The notes under the pieces: generated by a model
What the model was told of the DNA's origin: nothing
The model's database searches: none
Seen by the model: the letters and a program-made list of their open reading frames with translations, nothing else
Sequence record: SRR22947727_1647
Strand: one strand, 5' to 3'
Length of the DNA stretch: 46,085 nt
Shown: positions 32,303 to 41,213 of the stretch, in pieces
Layout of the letters: every line of letters starts with the position of its first letter
Position numbering within the stretch: position 1 is the stretch's first letter
Translations under genes and position numbers: made by a program

Positions 32303-32721
32303 CGCGGTGGGTGGGGCGCAGCGATGATTTGATCCAATGTTTGGAAATTCGTCGCGCAGTTTTTATTGAAGAACAAGGCGTTTCTGTCGAAGATGAAGTA
32401 GATGGAAAGGATTCTAAAGCGCTGCATTTTCTGCTTAGGGACAATAAAGTGCCGGTCGGGACAGCGCGAATTTTGATCTTGGATGAGATTGGAAAAATTG
32501 GCCGCGTCTGCGTGTTAGCGCCTTATCGAGGTCGTGGTCATGCGAAAGCTTTGATGGGGGCATGCCTCAGCCATTTAAAGGCTGATGAGCGCGTAACTAC
32601 GGTCAAACTGGGCGCGCAGATCTCTGCTTTGGGGCTGTATGAAAGCCTTGGCTTTCAAGCCTATGGCGCCGATTATATGGATGCCGGTATCTTACATCGC
32701 GATATGGTTCTGACTTTATAA
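32299..32721 (+). CDS. GNAT family N-acetyltransferase (ElaA/YjcF-like)
   Basis: [26 protein letters not shown] and DAGI.H.DM; ATGA overlap with dapE. Confidence 0.9.
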   Translation: MTRWVGRSDDLIQCLEIRRAVFIEEQGVSVEDEVDGKDSKALHFLLRDNKVPVGTARILILDEIGKIGRVCVLAPYRGRGHAKALMGACLSHLKADERVTTVKLGAQISALGLYESLGFQAYGADYMDAGILHRDMVLTL

Positions 32722-32801
32722 ATCAGGCTTTTAATTGTGGTTTCAGCGCGGGGTTTAAAAACCGCCATGACGGCGCTTTAAAAGCGTGATAGGCGAGCCG
32801 A

Positions 32802-35051
32802 ATGAATGAGATTCCAAGCAAACGCCAAATTCTAGATTGGATTGCGGCCAATCCGACGCAAACCGCAAAACGCGATATTGCCAAAGCATTTGGCATAAAG
32901 GGCGCTGCGCGGGTTGATTTGAAAAAGCTTTTACGCAGCTTAGAGGCTGAGGGGCATCTGCAAAAGCGTAAGAAAACTTATCGTGATCCGGAAAAGCTGC
33001 CCCCTGTCAGCGTGGTGCAGGTTTTGCCGGCCACCAGCACTGGCGATTTGTTTGCCAAAGCGCTGGAATGGCAAGGCGATGGTATGGAACCCGCCATTTT
33101 ATTGGTTATGAAAGCTTCTGATCCTGCGCTGGGCGCGGGTGATCGCATTTTGGCCCGGCTCACCGAAATTGAGGGAGAAGGCTATCAATATGAAGGTCGC
33201 CTGATCCGCCGAATCGCCGCCAATCCAAGCCAGATCTTGGGGGTTTTCAGGCAAGCTGCGGAAGGGGCGCGCATCGTGCCCGTTGAGCGGTCGGGCAAAG
33301 AATGGCAGGTTGGTCCCAATGATGCCGGCGGCGCAAAAGATGGTGAATTGGTTGAAGCAGAGCAAGCGGGCCCAAAATCGCGCATGGGATTGCCGCGCGC
33401 AAGGGTGATAACGCGTTTGGGGGATCCCTCTGCGCCAAAAGCGGTGTCCCTGATTGCAATTCACCAACATGATATCCCTGATCATTTCCCCGAAGATGTG
33501 GTGCATGAGGCCGAAGCGCAACGCGCGGCAGGGCTAAAGGGCCGCGAAGATTTGCGAGATATGCCCTTGGTCACCATTGATCCGGCGGATGCGCGCGATC
33601 ATGATGATGCCTGCTATGCGCATGAGGATGACGCGGCTGATAATCCGGGCGGGCATATCATTTGGGTGGCGATCGCGGATGTGGCGCATTACGTACGGCC
33701 CAATTCAAACTTGGATCGTGAAGCCCGCAAGCGCGGCAATTCCACTTATTTTCCAGACCGGGTGGTGCCGATGCTCCCGGATCATCTCTCGGGCGATTTG
33801 TGCAGTTTGCACGAAGATGTGCCACGGGCCTGTTTGGCGGTGCGAATGCAAATCAGCGCGGAGGGCGTGAAGCTAGGGCAAAGTTTTCACCGCGGTTTGA
33901 TGAAATCCGCCGCGTCACTCACCTATGAAGAAGTGCAGTCGGCCTATGAGGGTGTTTCTATTAGCAAGCGCGCAGCGCCATTGTTAGAGCCTGTTATCAA
34001 GCCCTTATATGAGGCTTACGCCGCCTTGGTTCGGGCGCGCGAAATTCGCCAACCTCTTGAGCTGGATCTGCCCGAACGCAAAATCATCTTGGATGAAGAC
34101 GGGCAAGTGGCCTCGGTAAATTTTTGCGATCGTTTGGATGCGCATCGCTTGATTGAAGAATTTATGGTCTTGGCGAATGTGGCCGCTGCGGAGGCTCTGC
34201 AAGCCAAACAGGTGCCGCTTTTGTTTCGCGTGCATGAAGAACCTTCGCCCGAAAAGCTTGACGCGCTGCGCGAAACAGCGCAGGCGGCAGGGCTTAACTT
34301 GGCCAAAGGCCAAGTGTTGCAAACACGGCATTTAAACGCGCTGCTTACGCAAGCTGAGGGCAAGGATGAAGCTGAACTCATCAATATGTCAACGTTGCGT
34401 TCAATGACGCAGGCTTATTACAGCCCGCAGAATTTCGGCCATTTTGGATTGGCTTTGCGCTCTTATGCGCATTTTACCTCGCCCATTCGCCGCTATGCCG
34501 ATTTGATCGTGCATCGGGCGCTTATTCGGGCGCATGGCTGGGGCAAGGATGGGTTGAGCGCAGAGGAAGAGGCCCTGCTGGATGAGACTGCGCAGAAAAT
34601 TTCCGATACAGAGCGGCGCTCAATGGTGGCAGAGCGCGATACGACGGATCGGTATCTTGCCGCCTATTTGAATGAGCGCAAAGGCTCAGAATTTACCGCC
34701 CGGATCAGCGGCATTGCGAAATTTGGCGTGTTTGCGCGTTTGGATGAAAGCGGCGCTGAGGGTTTGATTCCTATCCGAACTTTAGGCCGCGAGTATTTTC
34801 ATTATGACAAACAAACCAATAGCCTACTTGGTTCTGAGACAGGGCTTTTACTCAGTTTAGGGCAGGTTGTTGAGGTAAGGTTAAGCGAAGTTATCGCCGA
34901 ATCTGGTAGCGTTGCGTTTGAATTGTTAAGCGTCGAAGGCAACGCATTACCCAAATCTGGGCGTAAAAATGCGCGCCCGGTAAAGCGCACATTGGGCAAA
35001 GCGCGGAAAAAATCTGATAAGGTAAAGCGGAGCGTTAAACGAAAGCGTTAG
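32802..35051 (+). CDS. rnr: ribonuclease R
   Basis: TIDPADARDHDDA, VAIADV, LIEEFMVLAN, HFGLA..YAHFTSPIRRYADL, S1 domain and basic tail. Confidence 0.97.
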   Translation: MNEIPSKRQILDWIAANPTQTAKRDIAKAFGIKGAARVDLKKLLRSLEAEGHLQKRKKTYRDPEKLPPVSVVQVLPATSTGDLFAKALEWQGDGMEPAILLVMKASDPALGAGDRILARLTEIEGEGYQYEGRLIRRIAANPSQILGVFRQAAEGARIVPVERSGKEWQVGPNDAGGAKDGELVEAEQAGPKSRMGLPRARVITRLGDPSAPKAVSLIAIHQHDIPDHFPEDVVHEAEAQRAAGLKGREDLRDMPLVTIDPADARDHDDACYAHEDDAADNPGGHIIWVAIADVAHYVRPNSNLDREARKRGNSTYFPDRVVPMLPDHLSGDLCSLHEDVPRACLAVRMQISAEGVKLGQSFHRGLMKSAASLTYEEVQSAYEGVSISKRAAPLLEPVIKPLYEAYAALVRAREIRQPLELDLPERKIILDEDGQVASVNFCDRLDAHRLIEEFMVLANVAAAEALQAKQVPLLFRVHEEPSPEKLDALRETAQAAGLNLAKGQVLQTRHLNALLTQAEGKDEAELINMSTLRSMTQAYYSPQNFGHFGLALRSYAHFTSPIRRYADLIVHRALIRAHGWGKDGLSAEEEALLDETAQKISDTERRSMVAERDTTDRYLAAYLNERKGSEFTARISGIAKFGVFARLDESGAEGLIPIRTLGREYFHYDKQTNSLLGSETGLLLSLGQVVEVRLSEVIAESGSVAFELLSVEGNALPKSGRKNARPVKRTLGKARKKSDKVKRSVKRKR

Positions 35052-35054
35052 GAT

Positions 35055-36173
35055 GTGATGGATCAGGGGTTTCGGGCATGGGCAACGAAGTTTGCAGAGC
35101 GCGTTGCGGGGCGGTTTGACGCAGATTTTCTGCATAAAACAGTGCTCAGTTTTCAATTTCTTCCCGAGGCGATTGAAAAAGACCGGTTTCAGCCTGAAAC
35201 GGAAATGCCAATCTGGACCTATCTTCAAAAAACATGCTCATCCGAGCGTGTTGCGCAGGGCCAGCAACTTCTAACAAAATTTCAAACCTCTCTAGATGAA
35301 ATTGTGCATGCTTATGGCGTACCGGCGCAGGTTTTACTGGCCGTTTGGGGTTGTGAAACCGCTTACGGATCAAATCGCGGCGGCTTTTTTGTTTTAGATG
35401 CTTTGGCCAGCCTTGCGTTTGAGGGGCGCCGGGCGGCGTTTTTTGAACAGCAATTGATTGCCGCCTTGGATATTTTACAAGCCGGAGACGTGTCAGCTAA
35501 GCGTTTCTTGGGCAGTTGGGCCGGCGCTATGGGCCATACGCAATTTATGCCGTGCTCTTATCTTCAGCACGCGGTTGATTTTGACGGCGATGGGTTTAGC
35601 GATATTTGGTCGGACAGCCCGGTTGATGCTTTGGCTTCAACGGCTGCGTATTTGCAGGCGCAGGGTTGGCGCTCCGGGCAGATTTGGGGCGCAGAGGTTT
35701 TTCTGTCACCGGAGGCCGCATTGGATTTGCCCCCTCCTGACATGGCCCTGAACCCGTCAGATTGGACGATGAGAGGTCTGACACCTTATCAAGATTTACC
35801 CGAAAACGGCCTTGCCAAGCTGATCCTTCCCGCTGGTATACAGGGCCCGAAATTTATGGTTCTGGAAAATTATACCGCTTTATTGGCCTATAATCCTGCG
35901 CAGGCTTATGCGCTGTCAGTCTGCGCGCTGGGTGATGCGATTGCGGGTGGGTTGGGCCTTGTTCAACCTTGGCCTATTGGCGAGGCTGCGCTGAGTCGCA
36001 ACGAAAAGCGCAACGTGCAAATCGCCCTCAGCGCGCTTGGCTATGACACGTTTGGCGCAGATGGGCTTATGGGTCCAAACACCGCGGCGGCGCTCTGGAG
36101 GTATCAACGCGACCAGGGATATGTTGCTGATGCCTATCTAAGCCGGGCTTTATGGGCCGAGCTTGCCGGTTAG
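35055..36173 (+). CDS. lytic murein transglycosylase (MltB/SltB family) with C-terminal peptidoglycan-binding domain
   Basis: AVWGCET.YG (catalytic Glu), GSWAGAMGHTQFMP, AVDFDGDG, YN...YA and LGYDT.GADG.MGPNT; no signal peptide visible. Confidence 0.9.
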   Translation: MMDQGFRAWATKFAERVAGRFDADFLHKTVLSFQFLPEAIEKDRFQPETEMPIWTYLQKTCSSERVAQGQQLLTKFQTSLDEIVHAYGVPAQVLLAVWGCETAYGSNRGGFFVLDALASLAFEGRRAAFFEQQLIAALDILQAGDVSAKRFLGSWAGAMGHTQFMPCSYLQHAVDFDGDGFSDIWSDSPVDALASTAAYLQAQGWRSGQIWGAEVFLSPEAALDLPPPDMALNPSDWTMRGLTPYQDLPENGLAKLILPAGIQGPKFMVLENYTALLAYNPAQAYALSVCALGDAIAGGLGLVQPWPIGEAALSRNEKRNVQIALSALGYDTFGADGLMGPNTAAALWRYQRDQGYVADAYLSRALWAELAG

Positions 36174-36192
36174 GGTCTTTCTAAGATCTGGG

Positions 36193-38547
36193 CTATCCTT
36201 CGCCGAAGGGGATCCAAACGGTTTTTGATTGGCTGGCTTCTGCCAGAAAGCTTTTTCCTTCACCCTCTGTTGAAAACCAATCTCGATCCTGTCCGTAATT
36301 GACCCAGCTGCGTTTTAAACCCAGCGCGCTTTGCGTTTCAATTTCCGTAGATAAATCGCTGGACGAAAAGCTCCATATGGCGTCAATATTCAAATGGCTG
36401 GCCAGAGGTGCGGCCAACTCCGAATGAGCGCCGGTTAACAGATTAACAACGCCCGCAGGGACATCCGAGGTCTCTAAAATCTGATAAAATTCGGTGGCGA
36501 TCAACGGGTAGGGCTCAGAGGCCACCATAACAACGCGATTGCCCATCGCCAAAGCCGGCCCAAGCAGCGAGACCAGCCCAAGTAGCGGCGCGTCATCCGG
36601 GCAAAAGGTGCCGATCACGCCAACCGGTTCGTTCAAAGCCAATGCCACGCCGCGCAAGGGCACATCGCGCACTGCCCCATCATATTTATCCGCCCAAGCT
36701 GCATAGGTGAACAGGCGCTCTAGGCTGGCCTCAACCTCTGCTGCGCCATTTGTTTCACCCGTGTAGAGGTTGATTTTTGTGGCAAATTCAGCGGCGCGTG
36801 CCGAGAGATTTTCGGCAATGAAATATAGAATTTGGGCGCGTAAATGCCCGCTTGATCCAGACCATTTTACGGCCCCCTGTGCGGCTTCAACTGCGTTGCG
36901 GATATCTTTTCGATTGGCGCTTGGAACATCGCTGATGAAATTTCCGGCGGCATCAAACACAGCCGTAGAATATCCGCTATCTGGTCGCGTTTGTTTGCCG
37001 CCAATATACAGTTTGGCGGTGCGATCAAGGCCGAAAGCTACAGATTTTGGACCTGTTTTTGCCAAAATAGGTTTTAAGGATCTGGCGGTGGTCTGGGCTT
37101 TGGATTTGGTATAGGCGGTCAAGCCTTCCCAGCCACCTTCCCGGCCAAAGCCGCTTTCGCGAATGCCGCCAAAGCCGGCCGCGGCATCGAACATATTGGT
37201 GCCATTTATCCAAATGACCCCGGCCTTTAAAGCTGGTGCCAAACCAAGGCAAAGATTTACGTTTTCACTCCAGATCGATGCGGCCAGCCCGTAGCGGGTG
37301 TTATTGGCAAGCTGTACGGCTTCTTGCGGCGTGCGAAAACTGGTTGAAACAAGCACCGGCCCGAAAATCTCTTCCTGCATCAACGGGTCAGATGGGCTGA
37401 GCCCGGTCAGCAGCGTTGGGGGATAAAAGCAGCCCTGTTTGGGCAGATCAATATTGGGCTGAAAGCAGGTGCCGTTTGTGTTTGCATCAACCAAGCTGTT
37501 TACCCGTGCAACTTGCGCCGGGTCAACCAAGGGCCCCATATCGACAGATTTATCAAGCGGATTGCCCAGCCGCAGTTTTGCCATCCGGGCGCGGATTTTA
37601 TCATGCAAGCGATCAGCCACTGCCTCTTGCACCAACAGCCGCGATCCTGCGCAGCATACTTGCCCTTGATTGAACCAAATTGCATCAACCAAGCCTTCTA
37701 CCGCGCTGTCAAGATCGGCATCATCAAACACGATGAAGGGGGATTTTCCCCCCAATTCAAGAGTGAGCTTTTTGCCGCTGCCTGCGGTGGCTTGGCGAAT
37801 TTTGCGCCCCACATCGGTGGATCCGGTAAAGGCAATCTTATCGATATCAGGGTGGTTCACCAGATGCTCGCCCACGGTGCCATCGCCGGTGATGATGTTT
37901 ACAACTCCGTTTGGCACGCCGGCCTGCATACAGATTTCGGCGAATAAAAGAGCTGTGAGCGAGGTGTATTCAGCCGGTTTCAAAATCACGCAATTGCCCA
38001 TTGCCAAGGCCGGCGCAATTTTCCATGCCAGCATCAGAAGTGGAAAATTCCAAGGGATGATCTGGCCGCACACGCCCAGCGCTTGCCGGTTGGGAAGTTC
38101 GCTGGCCATCAACTGGGCCATGCCGGCGTGATAATAAAAATGCCGGTGTACAAGCGGGATATCAATATCGCGCGATTCACGAATGGGCTTGCCGTTATCC
38201 AGCGTTTCTAATGTGGCGAAAAGCCGGCTGTGCTTTTGAACAAGCCGGGCGATGGCGTATAAAACACGCGCGCGTTGATGCCCGCTTTGCGCGCCCCAAT
38301 CCGCTTGCGCGGCGCGGGCACTGGCCACGGCGTTATGCACATCTTGCTCGCTGGCTTGGGCGATTTTTGCCAAAGCCTCGCCGGTGGCGGGATTGCGGCT
38401 TTGAAAATGATCAGAACCTTCGCAGTTTGCGCCATTTATGAAATGCCCAAATCTGCGATCGTGGTTTTGCAGCCATTGTGTTGCCTCCTGCGTGGCTTCA
38501 AGGGCGGGGCCGTAGTCCATCGTTTCAAATATTTCTTTTACGCTCAT
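36193..38547 (-). CDS. aldehyde dehydrogenase with extra C-terminal NAD-binding-like domain (ALDH16-type)
   Basis: IIPWNFP, FTGST, LELGGKS, FNQGQVCCAGSR and EEIFGPV, then a second partial ALDH repeat (EPVGVIG, PAGVVN); 784 aa. Confidence 0.9.
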   Translation of the reverse strand: MSVKEIFETMDYGPALEATQEATQWLQNHDRRFGHFINGANCEGSDHFQSRNPATGEALAKIAQASEQDVHNAVASARAAQADWGAQSGHQRARVLYAIARLVQKHSRLFATLETLDNGKPIRESRDIDIPLVHRHFYYHAGMAQLMASELPNRQALGVCGQIIPWNFPLLMLAWKIAPALAMGNCVILKPAEYTSLTALLFAEICMQAGVPNGVVNIITGDGTVGEHLVNHPDIDKIAFTGSTDVGRKIRQATAGSGKKLTLELGGKSPFIVFDDADLDSAVEGLVDAIWFNQGQVCCAGSRLLVQEAVADRLHDKIRARMAKLRLGNPLDKSVDMGPLVDPAQVARVNSLVDANTNGTCFQPNIDLPKQGCFYPPTLLTGLSPSDPLMQEEIFGPVLVSTSFRTPQEAVQLANNTRYGLAASIWSENVNLCLGLAPALKAGVIWINGTNMFDAAAGFGGIRESGFGREGGWEGLTAYTKSKAQTTARSLKPILAKTGPKSVAFGLDRTAKLYIGGKQTRPDSGYSTAVFDAAGNFISDVPSANRKDIRNAVEAAQGAVKWSGSSGHLRAQILYFIAENLSARAAEFATKINLYTGETNGAAEVEASLERLFTYAAWADKYDGAVRDVPLRGVALALNEPVGVIGTFCPDDAPLLGLVSLLGPALAMGNRVVMVASEPYPLIATEFYQILETSDVPAGVVNLLTGAHSELAAPLASHLNIDAIWSFSSSDLSTEIETQSALGLKRSWVNYGQDRDWFSTEGEGKSFLAEASQSKTVWIPFGEG

Positions 38548-38568
38548 AGGGGATGTCCAAATTTAAGC

Positions 38569-39558
38569 TTAAGCCAATGCATGCCGGTGCCCTGCAGAAT
38601 AGGCACCGGTGACATGATGTTCCAATTGCCGTTCAATATCGCCCAAAAGTGACGAAGCTCCAAAACGGAACAGATCCGCCCGCAGCCATTGATCACCCAG
38701 TTCTTCTTTGATCATGCTAAGATAGACTAAGGCATCTTTGGCTTTTGAAATGCCACCGGCGGGTTTGTAGCCAACCGCATATCCGGTGCGGTCATGATAG
38801 TCTCGGATAGCACGCACCATCACCAATGAGACGGGCAAGGTTGCGTTGACGCTTTCTTTGCCTGTTGAGGTTTTGATGAAATCAGCGCCGCCCATCATGC
38901 AAATCAATGAAGCCCGCGCCACGTTGCGTAGGCTACCAAGCTCGCCCGTGGCTAAAATCGCTTTTACATGGGCGTCGCCGCAGGCCGCGCGAAACGCCTG
39001 CATTTCATCATAGAGCGCCTGCCAGTTTTGGCTTAACACATGCCGGCGCGAAATCACGATATCGATTTCGCGCGCACCGGCCGCGACGCTGGCTTTGATT
39101 TCAGCGATGCGCAACTCTAAGGGCGACAATCCAGCAGGAAAGCCGGTAGAGACCGCCGCTACGGGAATGCCGCTGCCCTCTAAGGCCGTAACAGCGGTTT
39201 CCACCATGTCGTGGTAAACGCAAATTGCGCCGGTTTGCAAAGACGTTATATCCAGCGCTTTGAGAAGATCATCCCTAAGCGGTCGGCGCGCCTTATCGCA
39301 AAGCCGTTTGACGCGCGCCCTCGTATCATCGCCCGATAACGTGGTTAGATCGATGCAGGTGATTGCGCGTAGTAACCAAGCGGCTTGATAGTCTTTTTTG
39401 ACGCTGCGTCGCGCGCCCAGGCTTGCTGTGCGGCGTTCGATCGCAGAAGTATTGGCTTGTGCGGCGCCCACCCAATCAAGATCCAAAGCCATCCCTGGGT
39501 TTCTTGCTGAATGGGATGCGGTCGATTGTGGAAAGGCTGATATGTTTTGCTCTGACAT
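38569..39558 (-). CDS. deoC: deoxyribose-phosphate aldolase (long DERA type)
   Basis: IDLTTL.GDDT, VSTGFPAG, EIDIV, GADFIKTSTGK, KPAGGI and RFGASSLL. Confidence 0.96.
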   Translation of the reverse strand: MSEQNISAFPQSTASHSARNPGMALDLDWVGAAQANTSAIERRTASLGARRSVKKDYQAAWLLRAITCIDLTTLSGDDTRARVKRLCDKARRPLRDDLLKALDITSLQTGAICVYHDMVETAVTALEGSGIPVAAVSTGFPAGLSPLELRIAEIKASVAAGAREIDIVISRRHVLSQNWQALYDEMQAFRAACGDAHVKAILATGELGSLRNVARASLICMMGGADFIKTSTGKESVNATLPVSLVMVRAIRDYHDRTGYAVGYKPAGGISKAKDALVYLSMIKEELGDQWLRADLFRFGASSLLGDIERQLEHHVTGAYSAGHRHALA

Positions 39559-39782
39559 GGGTGTTTCTCAAATTCTGCAGGAGTGATCCTGTCATGCGCT
39601 CTGCCTCTTGGCAAGCATCTGCGCCGCCAAAGAGGGTTTGAACGCCGTTGCGAACACGCGCCGCTTTACGCCGAGGCGCAACAAGAGTTTAAACGTCAGG
39701 GCCCGAATTTGACGGCGCGGTGGCCCCGCAGCTTTTGCTTTTTAAGAAGGCCTGCGCGGGCATCGCAAGCAATCGTGCTGCC

Positions 39783-40538
39783 CTATGTTGCGTAATTTGC
39801 GCCCTCATTCTGAAGAATGCGTTTTAGCTCGCCGAAATGTCGTATTCCCTGTTCGGGATATTCCTCAACTTCTTGTGCTGTTTTTTCGGCAATTTCATCG
39901 GGTAAAACCCGTAAATCTTGGCCTGTTTGTAAGGCGCGAATATAGGTTTCTGCGGCCCGTTCAAAATAATATAAACGGTTAAACGTGTCCGCCACACTAT
40001 TGCCCAAAACCAGAATGCCGTGATTGCCCATGATCAACACTTTTTGTTTTGGATCTGTCAGCAAGCTTGCGCAGCGCGTACCCTCTTCTTCAAAGGCCAG
40101 TCCGCCATAATGATCATCAATCACATAGCGGTTGAAAAACATCGCAGAGTTTTGATCAATCGGAAGCAGGCGGCTGTCTTGTAAACTGGCCAAGACCGTG
40201 GCGTGAATTGAATGCACATGCATGGCGCATTTTGCGTGCGGGCAATGACGATGCACCGCGCCATGAAGCCCCCATGCGGTTGGATCTGGCGCATTCGGAC
40301 CCTCAAGCGTTTTGGGATCATTCGCGTCGATCAGCAATAAATCGCTGGCTTTGATGCGTGAAAAATGCATTTGGTTGGGGTTCATTAAAAATTGGCTGCC
40401 CTCTTCATTGACCGCCAATGAAAAATGATTTGCCACCGCTTCGTGATAATTCAACCGCACGCACCAGCGAAACGCGGCTGCCAGATCAACCCGTTCTTGC
40501 CAAAAGTCCATATTTTTACGCAGGGGCTCAACCGTCAT
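39783..40538 (-). CDS. class II aldolase/adducin family protein
   Basis: R.DLAAAFR, NHFS, MHVHS and MGNHG (Zn-binding His); ATG at 40538 after GGAGAG. Confidence 0.9.
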   Translation of the reverse strand: MTVEPLRKNMDFWQERVDLAAAFRWCVRLNYHEAVANHFSLAVNEEGSQFLMNPNQMHFSRIKASDLLLIDANDPKTLEGPNAPDPTAWGLHGAVHRHCPHAKCAMHVHSIHATVLASLQDSRLLPIDQNSAMFFNRYVIDDHYGGLAFEEEGTRCASLLTDPKQKVLIMGNHGILVLGNSVADTFNRLYYFERAAETYIRALQTGQDLRVLPDEIAEKTAQEVEEYPEQGIRHFGELKRILQNEGANYAT

Positions 40539-40640
40539 ATTACTCTCCAAATCTTGGCTCAACATCTACCTAGTATGAATGAAAATCAAGGCTTTGATCG
40601 ACCGCGCTTGCACCCTTTTCTGGGTGTTGGCGTGCTCTGC

Positions 40641-41063
40641 TTAGGCCAAAGGGCGAGACGGTACCCACATATAGCCATCTGGGCAAAGTATTGTTGCTTC
40701 GCGCAAGCCATGCGGCTTATCGGTTGCGGGCGCTAAAACCATGCAGCCATAGGCCTGCGCCTTTGTGCAGGCTTGATCCGGATCACTGTTATAAAGGCGA
40801 AGTTCAATGCCAGTGCCGCGCGGCGGATTTTCGGGCAAATGCGGATAGCTTGGATGCGCTGCGAAGCTTTTATCGCTATGCAGCTGAAATATATCATCTT
40901 GATATAGTATAAGGGCAAAATCAGCGCCTAACTGGCTTGGATATAATTCAAAAACGGTCTCTGAGAATTGGACTGTTTGTTGAGGGCTTTTTACAATGAT
41001 GTTCACGCCAAGACCGGTGAGCGATTTGCCAAATTCTTCTGCTGAAACCATGCTGTAATCCAT
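40641..41063 (-). CDS. VOC/glyoxalase family protein
   Basis: RG.GIELRLY..DPD and DKPHGLRE..I..PDGY.W; ATG at 41063 after GGAG. Confidence 0.8.
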   Translation of the reverse strand: MDYSMVSAEEFGKSLTGLGVNIIVKSPQQTVQFSETVFELYPSQLGADFALILYQDDIFQLHSDKSFAAHPSYPHLPENPPRGTGIELRLYNSDPDQACTKAQAYGCMVLAPATDKPHGLREATILCPDGYMWVPSRPLA

Positions 41064-41213
41064 TGAGGTTTCTCCGCTATAAGGCTTTGACCCCACTGTC
41101 TAAGGGTAAGGTGGGCTATGTGATACAGCGTGGTCTTTGTAGTAGTGTTTCTAAAGTCTGATATATAGTTTAGCATGAATATGGTTTGTTATGTTTAAAA
41201 ATAAGGTTTATTT

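Noticed and set aside
39583..39795. 70-aa + strand ORF between deoC and the aldolase gene
   Set aside because: Arg-rich, no recognisable motif, and it occupies the expected deoC promoter region.
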